Assembly: GCA_043818275.1 (NCBI GenBank) | Contig: JBDRFY010000005.1 | Span: forward strand, 1-28,343 | Direction: 5' to 3' | DNA length: 28,343 nucleotides | From: a bacterium | GTDB lineage: Bacteria; Babelota; Babeliae; Babelales; JAUWHS01 | In this document: piece after piece, positions 1-9,136 of the stretch | How positions within the stretch are numbered: the stretch's first letter is position 1 | Layout: each line of letters begins with the position of its first letter | Program-made: the position numbers and the translations under genes | Notes under the pieces: model-generated | The model's database searches: none | Told to the model about the DNA's origin: nothing | The model's input: the letters and a program-made list of their open reading frames with translations, nothing else

Positions 1-120
1 AGACATCGAAGTATTGCAAATTTCTTTGTTAATATTTTCTCGGCATTAAGCGCATACAGTTTTATTGAAAATAAACCATCAATTAAGTGCATTAAAATGC
101 CATTAATTGAGAATTTATAA
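1..120 (+). CDS. IS982-family transposase, C-terminal fragment (5' truncated by window edge)
   Basis: Frame +1 reads RHRSIANFFVNIFSALSAYSFIENKPSIKCIKMPLIENL*, matching the HSRHRS.xNF.VN....L.AY....KPS C-terminal motif of IS982 transposases. Not in the supplied ORF track. Confidence 0.85.
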   Translation, partial: RHRSIANFFVNIFSALSAYSFIENKPSIKCIKMPLIENL

Positions 121-135
121 TTATCGAATTCGCGT
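121..135. mobile_element. Probable right terminal inverted repeat of the IS982 element
   Basis: TTATCGAATTCGCGT directly follows the transposase stop. Its reverse complement ACGCGAATTCGATAA begins with the AC..GAAT typical of IS982 ends. The left IR is outside the window. Confidence 0.65.
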
Positions 136-195
136 TAAATAGTAGTATTTTATTGAATTTTTGAAAAGGGGTTATTCGATTTGAATTGAAATTAG

Positions 196-1092
196 CTAAA
201 TTTCTAAATTTTTATATTTGGAGCAACTAGCTTTTGAATTAATGATATCTCCCGGACGTGTTTCTTTGAATAAAATTTGAGTTTTTTCTATTTTTAATTC
301 TTTTTCTAGTTGATTGATAAGTTCTAGTAAATTGATACTTTGGCCTGAAGCTATGTTAAAAATTTCACCGTTTAAATTTTGTAGCATTCCCATCTTTAAA
401 TTTGCTTCAACAATTTTTGATACGTGAATGAAATCTCTTAATTGTTTTCCATCGCCAAAAATAATGATAGGTTTTCTGTCGATTAAATTTTGTTTGAATT
501 TTGCAACAACTGCAGCATAATCACCATTTGAATTTTGCCGGTCACCATAAACATTAAAATAACGCAAGCTTGCGCAATTAAGATTATATTTTTGAAAAAA
601 TTCTTTGCATGAATTTTCACTGTTTAATTTGCTTTGCGCATATGGACTTTGTGGATTCGGATCATCTTCTTCTTTGCAAACGTCATCTTTCTCACCATAA
701 ACTGCCGCAGAAGATGATAAGATAAATGTTTGAACATTATTTTGTATGCTTGCGTTTAAAAGATTTTTCGTTCCCACAAAATTAATTTCATGACATAGTT
801 TTGGATTGTCTATCGATTTTGGTACAGAGACAAATGCTGCGGTGTGAAAAACAATCTCTTTTCCTTTTGTTGCTTTATGACAAGTATATGAAGAACGAAT
901 GTCGCCAAATATTAAATTTATTTGGGTTATTACCTTTTTAAGATTATTGAGGGTGCTATTAGAAAAATTATCAAGAATTGTAACCTTTGCTCCGTATTCA
1001 ATTAATTTTTCGACTAAATGTGAACCGATGAACCCACTTCCACCTGTTACTAAAACCTTTTTATCTTTGTAAAAATCATTTAGTTGCCTCAT
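196..1092 (-). CDS. NAD-dependent epimerase/dehydratase (UDP-glucose 4-epimerase-like extended SDR)
   Basis: VLVTGGSGFIGSHL, SSSAAVYG, YAQSK (YxxxK), LRYFNVYG, GDGKQLRDF. ATG at 1092 chosen; alternative GTG at 1098. Confidence 0.92.
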   Translation of the reverse strand: MRQLNDFYKDKKVLVTGGSGFIGSHLVEKLIEYGAKVTILDNFSNSTLNNLKKVITQINLIFGDIRSSYTCHKATKGKEIVFHTAAFVSVPKSIDNPKLCHEINFVGTKNLLNASIQNNVQTFILSSSAAVYGEKDDVCKEEDDPNPQSPYAQSKLNSENSCKEFFQKYNLNCASLRYFNVYGDRQNSNGDYAAVVAKFKQNLIDRKPIIIFGDGKQLRDFIHVSKIVEANLKMGMLQNLNGEIFNIASGQSINLLELINQLEKELKIEKTQILFKETRPGDIINSKASCSKYKNLEI

Positions 1093-2512
1093 TACCACGC
1101 ACTCCCTTTAAATTCCTTTTGTCTCTTCTTAATCCTTTTTTAGCAACAAATAAATAAGATGATTTATTAATGTTGAATTCAGCTGCCGGCATTACTGTTA
1201 AGCTTTTCTTAGTTTGTTTGAGTTTTAAAATGTCGTCAACTGTTGTTTTTGCATCAAGAACAGCTTCTTGCATACTTGAATACTTCCATGCTCCGTATCT
1301 TCCAATTGAATTAATATTAAAAACTTTTAACTGATTTAAAACTTTATTTAAATTTTGTTGTCGCCACTTATCATAAATAACGTATGCGTGTTCGATGTTT
1401 AAAATGTTTTTTGTAACGATATTTGATGAGTTTAAATTTAAGAATTTTAAAGCTTGTTCGGTTGATTTATCCAGAATGCTTTTTAATTTTATTTTTATTA
1501 AATTTTTATTGTATGATACTTCGCCATAAATACCGCTACAATTTTTAGGAACAGAATTTTCTGAAATGTTATTCCAAAAACCTACCCGATAAAAATTAAA
1601 TTGTTTTTCCGGAAAATAAATCCAGTGATTATTTGATATATCAGATTTATTAAAGCCGATATTAAAATTTAAGACAGAATTGCACAAAAGATTTTTGCTT
1701 GCCTTATTCAGATTTTGATCGTTTAAGGATTTTAAAAAATTGTCCAGTGGCATTGTTGTTATTAATTTTTCAAATCTTTGAGCATATCCATTTGTAAAAT
1801 ATATAGTTTTTTTCATTAAATCGATGAATTCAACTTCATGATCAGTGTAAATATGATTTGTAATTTTTTGCGAAAGCTTATTAATTAAAAATTGAATGCC
1901 ATCTTTTTTGGGATAATAGAATTGCGCGTTGTAACCGATTTTTGTTTTTGGATCTGATTCAATGGCGCCGAAGATGATATTTTTTAAATCTGTTTTTGGA
2001 ACAAATCTTCCAGTCCAGTCCGGAGTTATTTTTTTTAAGTCATAATTTTGCATTTTTTTGTTATAAGGAAATAAAAAATGTTTTCCGATTCCTGAACCGA
2101 AATATTTCAAAACCCATTCATGAAAATTTTTAGGTGAATGAATTGATTTTTTTCTTTTAATAAAACCATCAATGCATTCATAAATAACTTGAGCAGAAAG
2201 ACCTTTTAAATTTATTTGAAACGGATAATTTGTAAGAACATTGTTGGAAAAAATAGATGATTTACGGGTAATAAGATCAAAATGTTGCAGACCTGCAATC
2301 TCATTTAAAAAATCAAAAAAGTATGGCGAACTTATGTGAAGAAGGTGACCTGTGTAATCAAACGTGAAACCATCATGTTTTACGGATCTTAATAACCCTC
2401 CTGGGAGTGAATTTTTTTCAAAAATTTTGTAATCGAAAAAGTTGTTTTTTTCCAGATGATAAGCAACACTTAAACCTGTAAGGCCTGCTCCAATTACTAC
2501 TACTTTACTCAA
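1076..2512 (-). CDS. FAD-dependent oxidoreductase, HemY / UDP-galactopyranose mutase-like family
   Basis: N-terminal VVVIGAGLTGL, GG..RS...GFTFDYTGH, C-terminal GRYGAWKY. Overlaps the epimerase gene, suggesting a surface-glycan role. Confidence 0.8.
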   Translation of the reverse strand: MSKVVVIGAGLTGLSVAYHLEKNNFFDYKIFEKNSLPGGLLRSVKHDGFTFDYTGHLLHISSPYFFDFLNEIAGLQHFDLITRKSSIFSNNVLTNYPFQINLKGLSAQVIYECIDGFIKRKKSIHSPKNFHEWVLKYFGSGIGKHFLFPYNKKMQNYDLKKITPDWTGRFVPKTDLKNIIFGAIESDPKTKIGYNAQFYYPKKDGIQFLINKLSQKITNHIYTDHEVEFIDLMKKTIYFTNGYAQRFEKLITTMPLDNFLKSLNDQNLNKASKNLLCNSVLNFNIGFNKSDISNNHWIYFPEKQFNFYRVGFWNNISENSVPKNCSGIYGEVSYNKNLIKIKLKSILDKSTEQALKFLNLNSSNIVTKNILNIEHAYVIYDKWRQQNLNKVLNQLKVFNINSIGRYGAWKYSSMQEAVLDAKTTVDDILKLKQTKKSLTVMPAAEFNINKSSYLFVAKKGLRRDKRNLKGVRGNEATK

Positions 2513-2599
2513 TCCATTTCCTTTTTACTTTTTTACATTACAACTCAACTGACTAAAGAAAATTTATAGATGAAAAAGGTCAAAATGTCCAAAAGAAAT

Positions 2600-3653
2600 T
2601 TAAAAATCAAACTGTCTAGAAACGATTGCGAAGTGACCGCCGGAACGATGTTTTTTTTCATTGAAATGTTTTGGAATAGGTGGAAATGGTGATGTTTCTT
2701 GTATTAATTTTATAAATATCTGATCTAATTCTTTATTTCCACATGTTTGAGATAAATCTATATTTTCTACATTTCCATATTCATCAATTACAAAATAAAT
2801 GACCGGGGATAATCCAATTGGTAGATTTCCGATTCTATCCTGAAATCTTTGTTTCCATGTTGCCTGTAAATGCCAAACTATTGTTTGCTCATAAGAAAGA
2901 TATTTTAATTCTTCGTATGATGGTCGCTTGCTTTCATCGCCATCTCTTTTGATCCAATCATTTCCTTCTTGTTTTAAATTTTCAATAAATCCTTGTGTCA
3001 TATTAATAATACTTTTTTTCGGTTGAACATCAGGTATTTGATCTTTTGCATCTTTTCCAAATGTTTTTAGCATTTCAATTTTAATTGGTTCTAATTTAGT
3101 ACTTGTTTGAGTTAACTCAATTTGTTCAACTTTAATTTCTTTTTTCAATTTATCTTTTTTAATCGTTGTATCTAAGGTGTCTGTGAATGTTTTGTCCAGA
3201 AGTTTAACATTTTTGTCCTTAATGACAGCTTTGTCTTTGGTCAAATCTTTTATTTTAGTATCTTCTGTTTTTTTTGTTTGTTGTTTTTTTCTGCTTTTAT
3301 CAGATTCTGATTTTGACTCAGTTTTTTTTTTCTTTTTTGGATATCTTTTTGATTTCCTTTTTCGGCTTTCCCGCCTGTTTTTGTGGGCCAATGATTTTAG
3401 ATTTGGGTGGTGTAAATTGTGGAACATCATCAACAAATGTTACCAAACCGAATTCTGATTTTCTTGGCTTTAGCGCAGCTGGAAGTTCTTTTTTATCTTT
3501 GTTTTCATCAACTAATTTAATTAACCTGAATTTTTCAACAGCTTCTTGCCTGAACGCAAAAATAAAAAAAAGTAAAATTAAGACAATATGAATAATTAAT
3601 GAGATTTTTATGAATCTGGAAAATTTACTTTTTTTTTCTTTCTGATTTTTCAT
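2600..3653 (-). pseudogene. TonB/TolA-like energy transducer, split by a 1-nt frameshift in an A10 run
   Basis: ORF 3653-3318 gives the TM anchor (SLIIHIVLILLFFIF). ORF 3436-2600 gives a Lys-rich linker and TonB_C-like domain (FVIDEYGNV..I...CGNKELD...SPFPPIP). The T10 run is at 3322-3331; removing one base joins them into about 350 aa. Confidence 0.8.
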
Positions 3654-3793
3654 ATGTTTACCAACTAAAATTAATTTATTTAACTTTTATTAAGCTTAAA
3701 CATCAGTGGAGATATAATCAAATAATCAGATTTTTCTTTCTTTCTGTGATTCAATTTTGCTAAATTAATTTTCTGTTAAAGATAGTGAAAAAA

Positions 3794-3984
3794 TGAAGCG
3801 CTCAACGGCTTAAAAGCCGTTGTATCAGCGCGGAATTCTTCGAAGCCAACCCTACTTCGCTTCCTCCTTCGTTAAAACTACGGAGGATATTCTTTGTAGC
3901 TTTAGCGAAAGAGAAAAAGCTTCGAAGGGTTCTACCCCGCCATTCATCCCAAGGCTAAAGCCTAGGGTATTCTGGCGAAGTAGA
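3794..3984 (-). mobile_element. Non-autonomous IS200/IS605-type miniature element (PATE-like: LE and RE hairpins, no genes)
   Basis: On the - strand: TTTAT, then a LE-like CGCCA-GAAT-hairpin(CCCTAGGCT TT AGCCTTGGG)-ATGAA-TGGCG. The distal RE-like hairpin CAACGGCTT/AAGCCGTTG (3803-3822) is followed by AGCGC-TTCA. GC-rich within an AT-rich intergenic region. Confidence 0.6.
3850..3929. repeat. Three nested 26-bp hairpin units
   Basis: The outer unit CCCTAC-TTCGCT^AAAGCTTC-GAAGGG is split by 54 bp: unit 3862-3887 (TCCTCC-TTCGTTAAAACTAC-GGAGGA), then TA, then inverted unit 3890-3915 (TTCTTT-GTAGCTTTAGCGAA-AGAGAA). Confidence 0.85.
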
Positions 3985-4003
3985 ATAAAACAAGGAGAAA
4001 GAG

Positions 4004-7000
4004 ATGGTCAATTTTTCGAGTCTGTCGAAGCGATTATTATTATTATTATTTGTAAGCTTAAATTTGTTTTGCGTGAAAAGAAAACGGGCAGGAATAGGAG
4101 AAGAAGGTTCAGAAAAAAAGCAAAAGAAAACGGGCTTATCTTTTTTTCAGGAACGTCTCGATGAAAACGCAAAAGAAGTTGGTTACGGCTATAAAACAGC
4201 AAATCTGATGGAATTTAAAAACGTTGTTGATAATTTAAGCGGCAAACTTCCGCAAGGTTATCAAGTTGCGGTTCCAAATTTTGTTGGAATTACAAGTGAA
4301 CAGATTCAAGATTTTTTTAATAAAAATGGGTTGGATATTCAGGCTCGTTGGAATCAGATTATTCCTTCAATGGATATTGATGACTCAATTCAATATTTAA
4401 AAGATCCCAATAATCGAAAAATTTTTATAGATAATTCTGAAAAGTTGGCAAATGAGATAGAAAATCTGGAAATTCCAGAACAGAGCCCTGATTTTCAGGC
4501 TGTTGCATCTTTTTTAAGCAAAGCTCAGCAAAATAATTGGCGGCTTATGGTTCGAAGCACAGGAAAAGAGGATACGAAAGAATTGCCAAATGCTGGGGGA
4601 AATCATAGCGAGCCAAATGTTTATCCGGATAAAGTTGCTGTAATAAACGCGATTAAAAAAGTTGTGGCATCTTATTTTAAAGAAAAATCACTGAGCCAAA
4701 GAATTGACGCGGGGGATAAAGATATTTTTGCTGATCCGTTAACACCGGTTTTAATTCAGCAAATGATTGGGGAGCCTATTGGCGAAACGCAAAATTTACA
4801 AGACATACCAGTTGGTTGCGTTGTTTACACTGGAGAAGTTGAAGGCTCAACGCCGGGAGTTATAACAATTCAGGCTGCGTTTGGACACAACGAAGGCGTT
4901 GTGAATAGCGAAGTCGCGGTGGACACGTATTACGTAAAAGACGGAAGCATCAGACCCGTTATTCAAATAAAAAATCAAAGAATTATTCCGGTTGAAAGCA
5001 ATGATGGTTATGGTTTGGAGTTGGTAAATAATCCGGAAGAAATAAAAAATGTTCAGGTGCTGAGTGATGAAGATATTTTAGTAATTAGTCAGGTTGCTCG
5101 TGCTATTCATGAATATTACAACGAGGCAATGGATATTGAATTGGTTTTTGAACCATCAACAAAAACAGTGTATCTGGTTCAGGCAAGACCATTGCAAATC
5201 AAAAATGAGGTTGAAGCAAGTTACATTTCAGACATAAAAACTATTTCTCAAGAAAATGTTTTAAAATGTTCAACGGTTAGCGCCGCTGGTGGAAGTGTTA
5301 GACACATAACAAATAAAAATCAGATAATTATTGCTTCGACATTACAACAAGCTTTGGATAAATATTTGTCTGGCGGCGTTGATCAATCTCAAGTTTTAGC
5401 TGTGATTGTTCAGGGTCAGGCGGAACCAACTTCGCACGCCGCGGCAATTTTTCGCGGCGCGGGAAAAGCAATTTTGACAAGTGATGGAATTGAAAAATTA
5501 GAAAAATGGCTGAATGAAGAAAATATAAATTTATTTGTTGACGTTCAACGTGAAATTGTTGTTAACACGAAAGATTTAGTGGATTTTGACGGTTTGATAA
5601 AAATCGGTTGGTTTAAACATCCAATTTCACAAAGAATGACAATAACTTTAGCCCCTTATGCTGAACCTGAATTTACAAAGCTTTTTTCAAAAAACATTCC
5701 ATTAAAAACACGCAAAGAATTAATAGAAACAATGAAAAATGGCAAAAATGTAATGGCAACGCGCGCATTAAAAACATTGCTTGCAAAAATTTCAAATACT
5801 TTAGAAGCCGGACAAGAAGTAGAAAATCAATCAGTGTTGCAAGCGCGAGCATTTAATGAGTTACAGCAAATTTACAATGTTGCGACAAAACTTGCGCAGG
5901 AAATGTTAAACCAAAAAATATTTGAAAAAGGGCCGCAAGATATTGAGCGTTTGTACGCAATTAATTTTCTGGAAGCGATTTTATTTCAGCCAAAAGAAAC
6001 ATCAAGATCTGTAAGTGTTTTTTCAGTCAAATCGGTTTTTGATGATTATGAAAAAAGTTATGAATTTATAAAAAAGATAAGAAAAAGAAGATTATTTTCA
6101 GAAGATGAATTAGAAAAGATAATTAATAATATAAATGAATTATCGATTATGCAATTTGGTTTTGAAGTTGCTTTAACAGATGAGTTGGAAAACAAATGGG
6201 TGAAATTTGTTTATGGTGTTTTCGTCGCTGATGAAGCAGGAAATATAAATAACCTTAAATCTGTTTTTGAAAAGATAAAAAAATTAGAAATTTTACCACT
6301 ATGGATGAATACGATTTTTGCATATGCGCAAGGAGATGTTGGAGCAATTCTTCAAGGTTTAAATAAGCAGTTAACTGAATCAGATCAATTTTTAAAAATA
6401 ATTTTGAATAAAAAAAACTGGTTGAAAAATTTTGATCCAAATAAGTTTGATGATCCAAAAAAATATGAAAAATTATTATCAAGTTTTAAAGAAAATATAT
6501 TAAAAGATTTTATTTCATATGATTTTATAAATGAAGTTAAAAATGGAACGTTGTTATCAAAAGAGGTTGCAATGGAAATTATGTCGAATATTGTAGATGC
6601 ATGGGATAAATCGATAAAAGCCTTAAAGGGAAGCGTTCAGTATGAGTTGAAAGATAAAGTTGAAAAATTCCGTGAGATGTTAAAAGTATATTTTGAATTT
6701 CTAAAAAAATGGAAAGGTTCTGTAGAATATAAAAATATATTTAACTCAATAGATCAGATTTTAAATAAACAAATTTTAGATTATGAGGCAGAACTTATAA
6801 ATTCAGTATCATTCAATGTTGAACTAACCGCAGTCGGCCGTAAGGGTGTTTTTGAAAGATATAAACCAAAAACGTTTGAAGATGTTTTTACGTTTATTCA
6901 TCAAAGCTTAATTAATATTATTTCTATAAAAACAAAAGAAATTTTTCCAGAAATTCAATTACCTGAATTGGTTAATAATGTTATTGAGATGTTGAAAAAA

Positions 7001-9136
7001 TTAGAAAGCGTAAGCTTATTTTATTATGAATTTAAAAATAATGATTTGATTGTGACATATAATAAAACTATTAGAACGCACAGCATTGTTTACCAATTGA
7101 GATATAACAAATTATCTTCCATGGTTTATTTAGAGACAAAATTTTATGGAGATGATGAAGAGGGGCGATGGGAACGGATGGCTGACTTTATAGACGTTGC
7201 CAGTGATTTAATGGAAATACCGTTAAGTAAGAATAATGCTATTAAAATGACAGAAATTTTTGAGTTTGAGATAGACAAAAATGTTAATGATGAAAAGTTG
7301 GATAAAATTTTTAAAATATTAGAACAGTGCTTAAAAATATCTTTAGATACAGATCATGTATATTTAAAGCGTGGCGTTTCGGGAAGAATATTTTTAAATA
7401 ATTTAAATAATATTTTTCAAAATAAAGAAGGAATTAATAGTTCAATAATAAAATTGTCTTTAGATAAAAATAAAATTAATTGGCTTTTGCCAGATGTTTT
7501 AAAAAACGTTGTTAAAAAAATAGATTTTTTAACAACAAAACAAGCTGATAATTTAAAAAAAATAAAAAATATGCTTTCAAATGAATCTTCTGAATATTTT
7601 ATAAAAACAATAGTTTTTATATTTAAAATTTTAAATGATCCGAGAGGTGTTTTAAGTGACTCGTTCTTCGGCCCGGAATATTATTTAGTAAATGAATCTA
7701 ATTTTTTAAATTTGTATTATAAACAGTTGACGGAGGCACAAAAATTGAAGTTGGGCGTTTATTTTTTTGGAGATGTTTTAGCCTCAATTTTTTTAGTTTT
7801 ACAATTAAATTTAGATTTAATTAATATTAACGAATTTCAATCATTGCGTTTTCAGGAGGAGCTTTTATTCATAAAATATTATTTTGAACTAGCAGATGGA
7901 AAAAAAATTAATGATATAATGGGTTTTTTTAATAAAATTTATGCTGAACAGAATGAAGAATTAGAAAAAAAAGCCTTAGTAGAATTTTATATTTATTCAA
8001 TTTCGATTTTATTCGAATCTAGTGATTCGAAAGCAAAAAATTTTGGAATGCAAATAATTAAAAAGGTTTTTGATGGTGAAAATGAAGAATTGAAAAAGGT
8101 GCCCTTAGAGCCATTTGGTGTTGTTTATGAATTACTTAAATCTAAAGTTTATGACGAGCAAGATCTTGCTATTAAAATTTTGACTAAAGTTTTTAATGAG
8201 GGTTCAGATGATCTCAAGATAAGAGTTTTGAAAATATCTGGTTTTGTTTCACATGTAGTCTCTTCAAATTCAACTGCAATAATAAATGGAATTTTAACTC
8301 TTTTACAACGAGTTTTTTCCGGCAATGACGAAAGTTTAAAAATAAAGATGTTAGGCAAAAAGTCGTATGTTTCTCCTTTTTATTTTTTAATAACATCCAA
8401 ATACAAACCTTTTGTTGATAAAGTGGAACAAATTATTGAAAATATTTTTAAATCTGGTTCAGAAGGGTTGAAAAAAGCGGCTTTAAATCCTTTGAATACA
8501 TTAATTGAATATTCAGATTCACAAAAAACAAAATTGTTAGCTTATTATGTTTTAAATGAAGTGCTTGATAATGGTTCGAATGAATTAAAAGAAGCATCTT
8601 TGAAGGCTTTTAATACCATGATAAAGAAGTTCCCTGTTTCAATTCAAGAGATTAATTTGGCAGAAAAGTTTTTAAATAACGTTTTTGTGCCAGGGTCAGA
8701 AAAAATAAAAAAAGAATTTTTAGGTAATATTGCCATTGTTATAAAATTAATTGAATCAGAAAATAAGGCTTTAAAAATCGCAAAATCCTTTTTTGTTGAT
8801 GTAATTGAGAAAGGTTCATCTGTTTTTAAAAAAGAATTATTCAAATTATATGGTCCAATTTATTATTTAACTGAAAAAAAGAGTGCGAAGGTTCTTGAAT
8901 TTGTTGTTGATATTTTGACAAATATTTTTGAAGGTGCAGATGATGAGTTGAAACATATGGTTTTGGATAGCTATTATACAATTCCAAATTTAATTAAAAC
9001 TAACAATGAATATGCTCTCTCTGCAGTAACAATGATTTTTAAAAATATTTTTTCTGGCGAAAATGAAGACCTTAAAGAAAAGGTTAAACAAGGGTTTGGC
9101 TATTACATCAAAAAACAAGGCATTAAAACCGATTGA
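4004..9136 (+). CDS. 1710-aa putative secreted dikinase-like protein: PEP synthase/PPDK ATP-grasp domain, phospho-His swivel domain and long helical/repeat region
   Basis: RBS AAGGAG. Signal-like residues 1-23. Motifs GYKTANL, VRSTGKED..NAG (about aa 183), IQQMI, FGHNEGVV, DIELVF (377), YLVQARP (393), TSHAA (His478). No recognisable PEP-binding TIM barrel follows. Confidence 0.85.
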   Translation: MVNFSSLSKRLLLLLFVSLNLFCVKRKRAGIGEEGSEKKQKKTGLSFFQERLDENAKEVGYGYKTANLMEFKNVVDNLSGKLPQGYQVAVPNFVGITSEQIQDFFNKNGLDIQARWNQIIPSMDIDDSIQYLKDPNNRKIFIDNSEKLANEIENLEIPEQSPDFQAVASFLSKAQQNNWRLMVRSTGKEDTKELPNAGGNHSEPNVYPDKVAVINAIKKVVASYFKEKSLSQRIDAGDKDIFADPLTPVLIQQMIGEPIGETQNLQDIPVGCVVYTGEVEGSTPGVITIQAAFGHNEGVVNSEVAVDTYYVKDGSIRPVIQIKNQRIIPVESNDGYGLELVNNPEEIKNVQVLSDEDILVISQVARAIHEYYNEAMDIELVFEPSTKTVYLVQARPLQIKNEVEASYISDIKTISQENVLKCSTVSAAGGSVRHITNKNQIIIASTLQQALDKYLSGGVDQSQVLAVIVQGQAEPTSHAAAIFRGAGKAILTSDGIEKLEKWLNEENINLFVDVQREIVVNTKDLVDFDGLIKIGWFKHPISQRMTITLAPYAEPEFTKLFSKNIPLKTRKELIETMKNGKNVMATRALKTLLAKISNTLEAGQEVENQSVLQARAFNELQQIYNVATKLAQEMLNQKIFEKGPQDIERLYAINFLEAILFQPKETSRSVSVFSVKSVFDDYEKSYEFIKKIRKRRLFSEDELEKIINNINELSIMQFGFEVALTDELENKWVKFVYGVFVADEAGNINNLKSVFEKIKKLEILPLWMNTIFAYAQGDVGAILQGLNKQLTESDQFLKIILNKKNWLKNFDPNKFDDPKKYEKLLSSFKENILKDFISYDFINEVKNGTLLSKEVAMEIMSNIVDAWDKSIKALKGSVQYELKDKVEKFREMLKVYFEFLKKWKGSVEYKNIFNSIDQILNKQILDYEAELINSVSFNVELTAVGRKGVFERYKPKTFEDVFTFIHQSLINIISIKTKEIFPEIQLPELVNNVIEMLKKLESVSLFYYEFKNNDLIVTYNKTIRTHSIVYQLRYNKLSSMVYLETKFYGDDEEGRWERMADFIDVASDLMEIPLSKNNAIKMTEIFEFEIDKNVNDEKLDKIFKILEQCLKISLDTDHVYLKRGVSGRIFLNNLNNIFQNKEGINSSIIKLSLDKNKINWLLPDVLKNVVKKIDFLTTKQADNLKKIKNMLSNESSEYFIKTIVFIFKILNDPRGVLSDSFFGPEYYLVNESNFLNLYYKQLTEAQKLKLGVYFFGDVLASIFLVLQLNLDLININEFQSLRFQEELLFIKYYFELADGKKINDIMGFFNKIYAEQNEELEKKALVEFYIYSISILFESSDSKAKNFGMQIIKKVFDGENEELKKVPLEPFGVVYELLKSKVYDEQDLAIKILTKVFNEGSDDLKIRVLKISGFVSHVVSSNSTAIINGILTLLQRVFSGNDESLKIKMLGKKSYVSPFYFLITSKYKPFVDKVEQIIENIFKSGSEGLKKAALNPLNTLIEYSDSQKTKLLAYYVLNEVLDNGSNELKEASLKAFNTMIKKFPVSIQEINLAEKFLNNVFVPGSEKIKKEFLGNIAIVIKLIESENKALKIAKSFFVDVIEKGSSVFKKELFKLYGPIYYLTEKKSAKVLEFVVDILTNIFEGADDELKHMVLDSYYTIPNLIKTNNEYALSAVTMIFKNIFSGENEDLKEKVKQGFGYYIKKQGIKTD
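7910..9090 (+). repeat. About 10 degenerate ~42-aa protein repeats (HEAT/ARM-like solenoid)
   Basis: Recurring cores: IYAEQNEELEKKAL, VFDGENEELKKVPL, VFNEGSDDLKIRVL, VFSGNDESLKIKML, IFKSGSEGLKKAAL, VLDNGSNELKEASL, VFVPGSEKIKKEFL, VIEKGSSVFKKELF, IFEGADDELKHMVL, IFSGENEDLKEKVK. Confidence 0.8.

Noticed and set aside
3991..4008. QGERDG peptide shared between the 3820 ORF and the LpxB insert (13/17 nt identity)
   Set aside because: This is the purine-rich RBS and ATG of the 1710-aa gene; the rest of the repeat is absent, so it is probably coincidence.
3820..4164. 114-aa ORF over the miniature element
   Set aside because: Made of repeat sequence, has a TTG start with no RBS, and overlaps the real 4004 gene out of frame.
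4004..5600. Calling the large gene ppsA/ppdK
   Set aside because: No recognisable C-terminal PEP/pyruvate domain, and it has a signal peptide.
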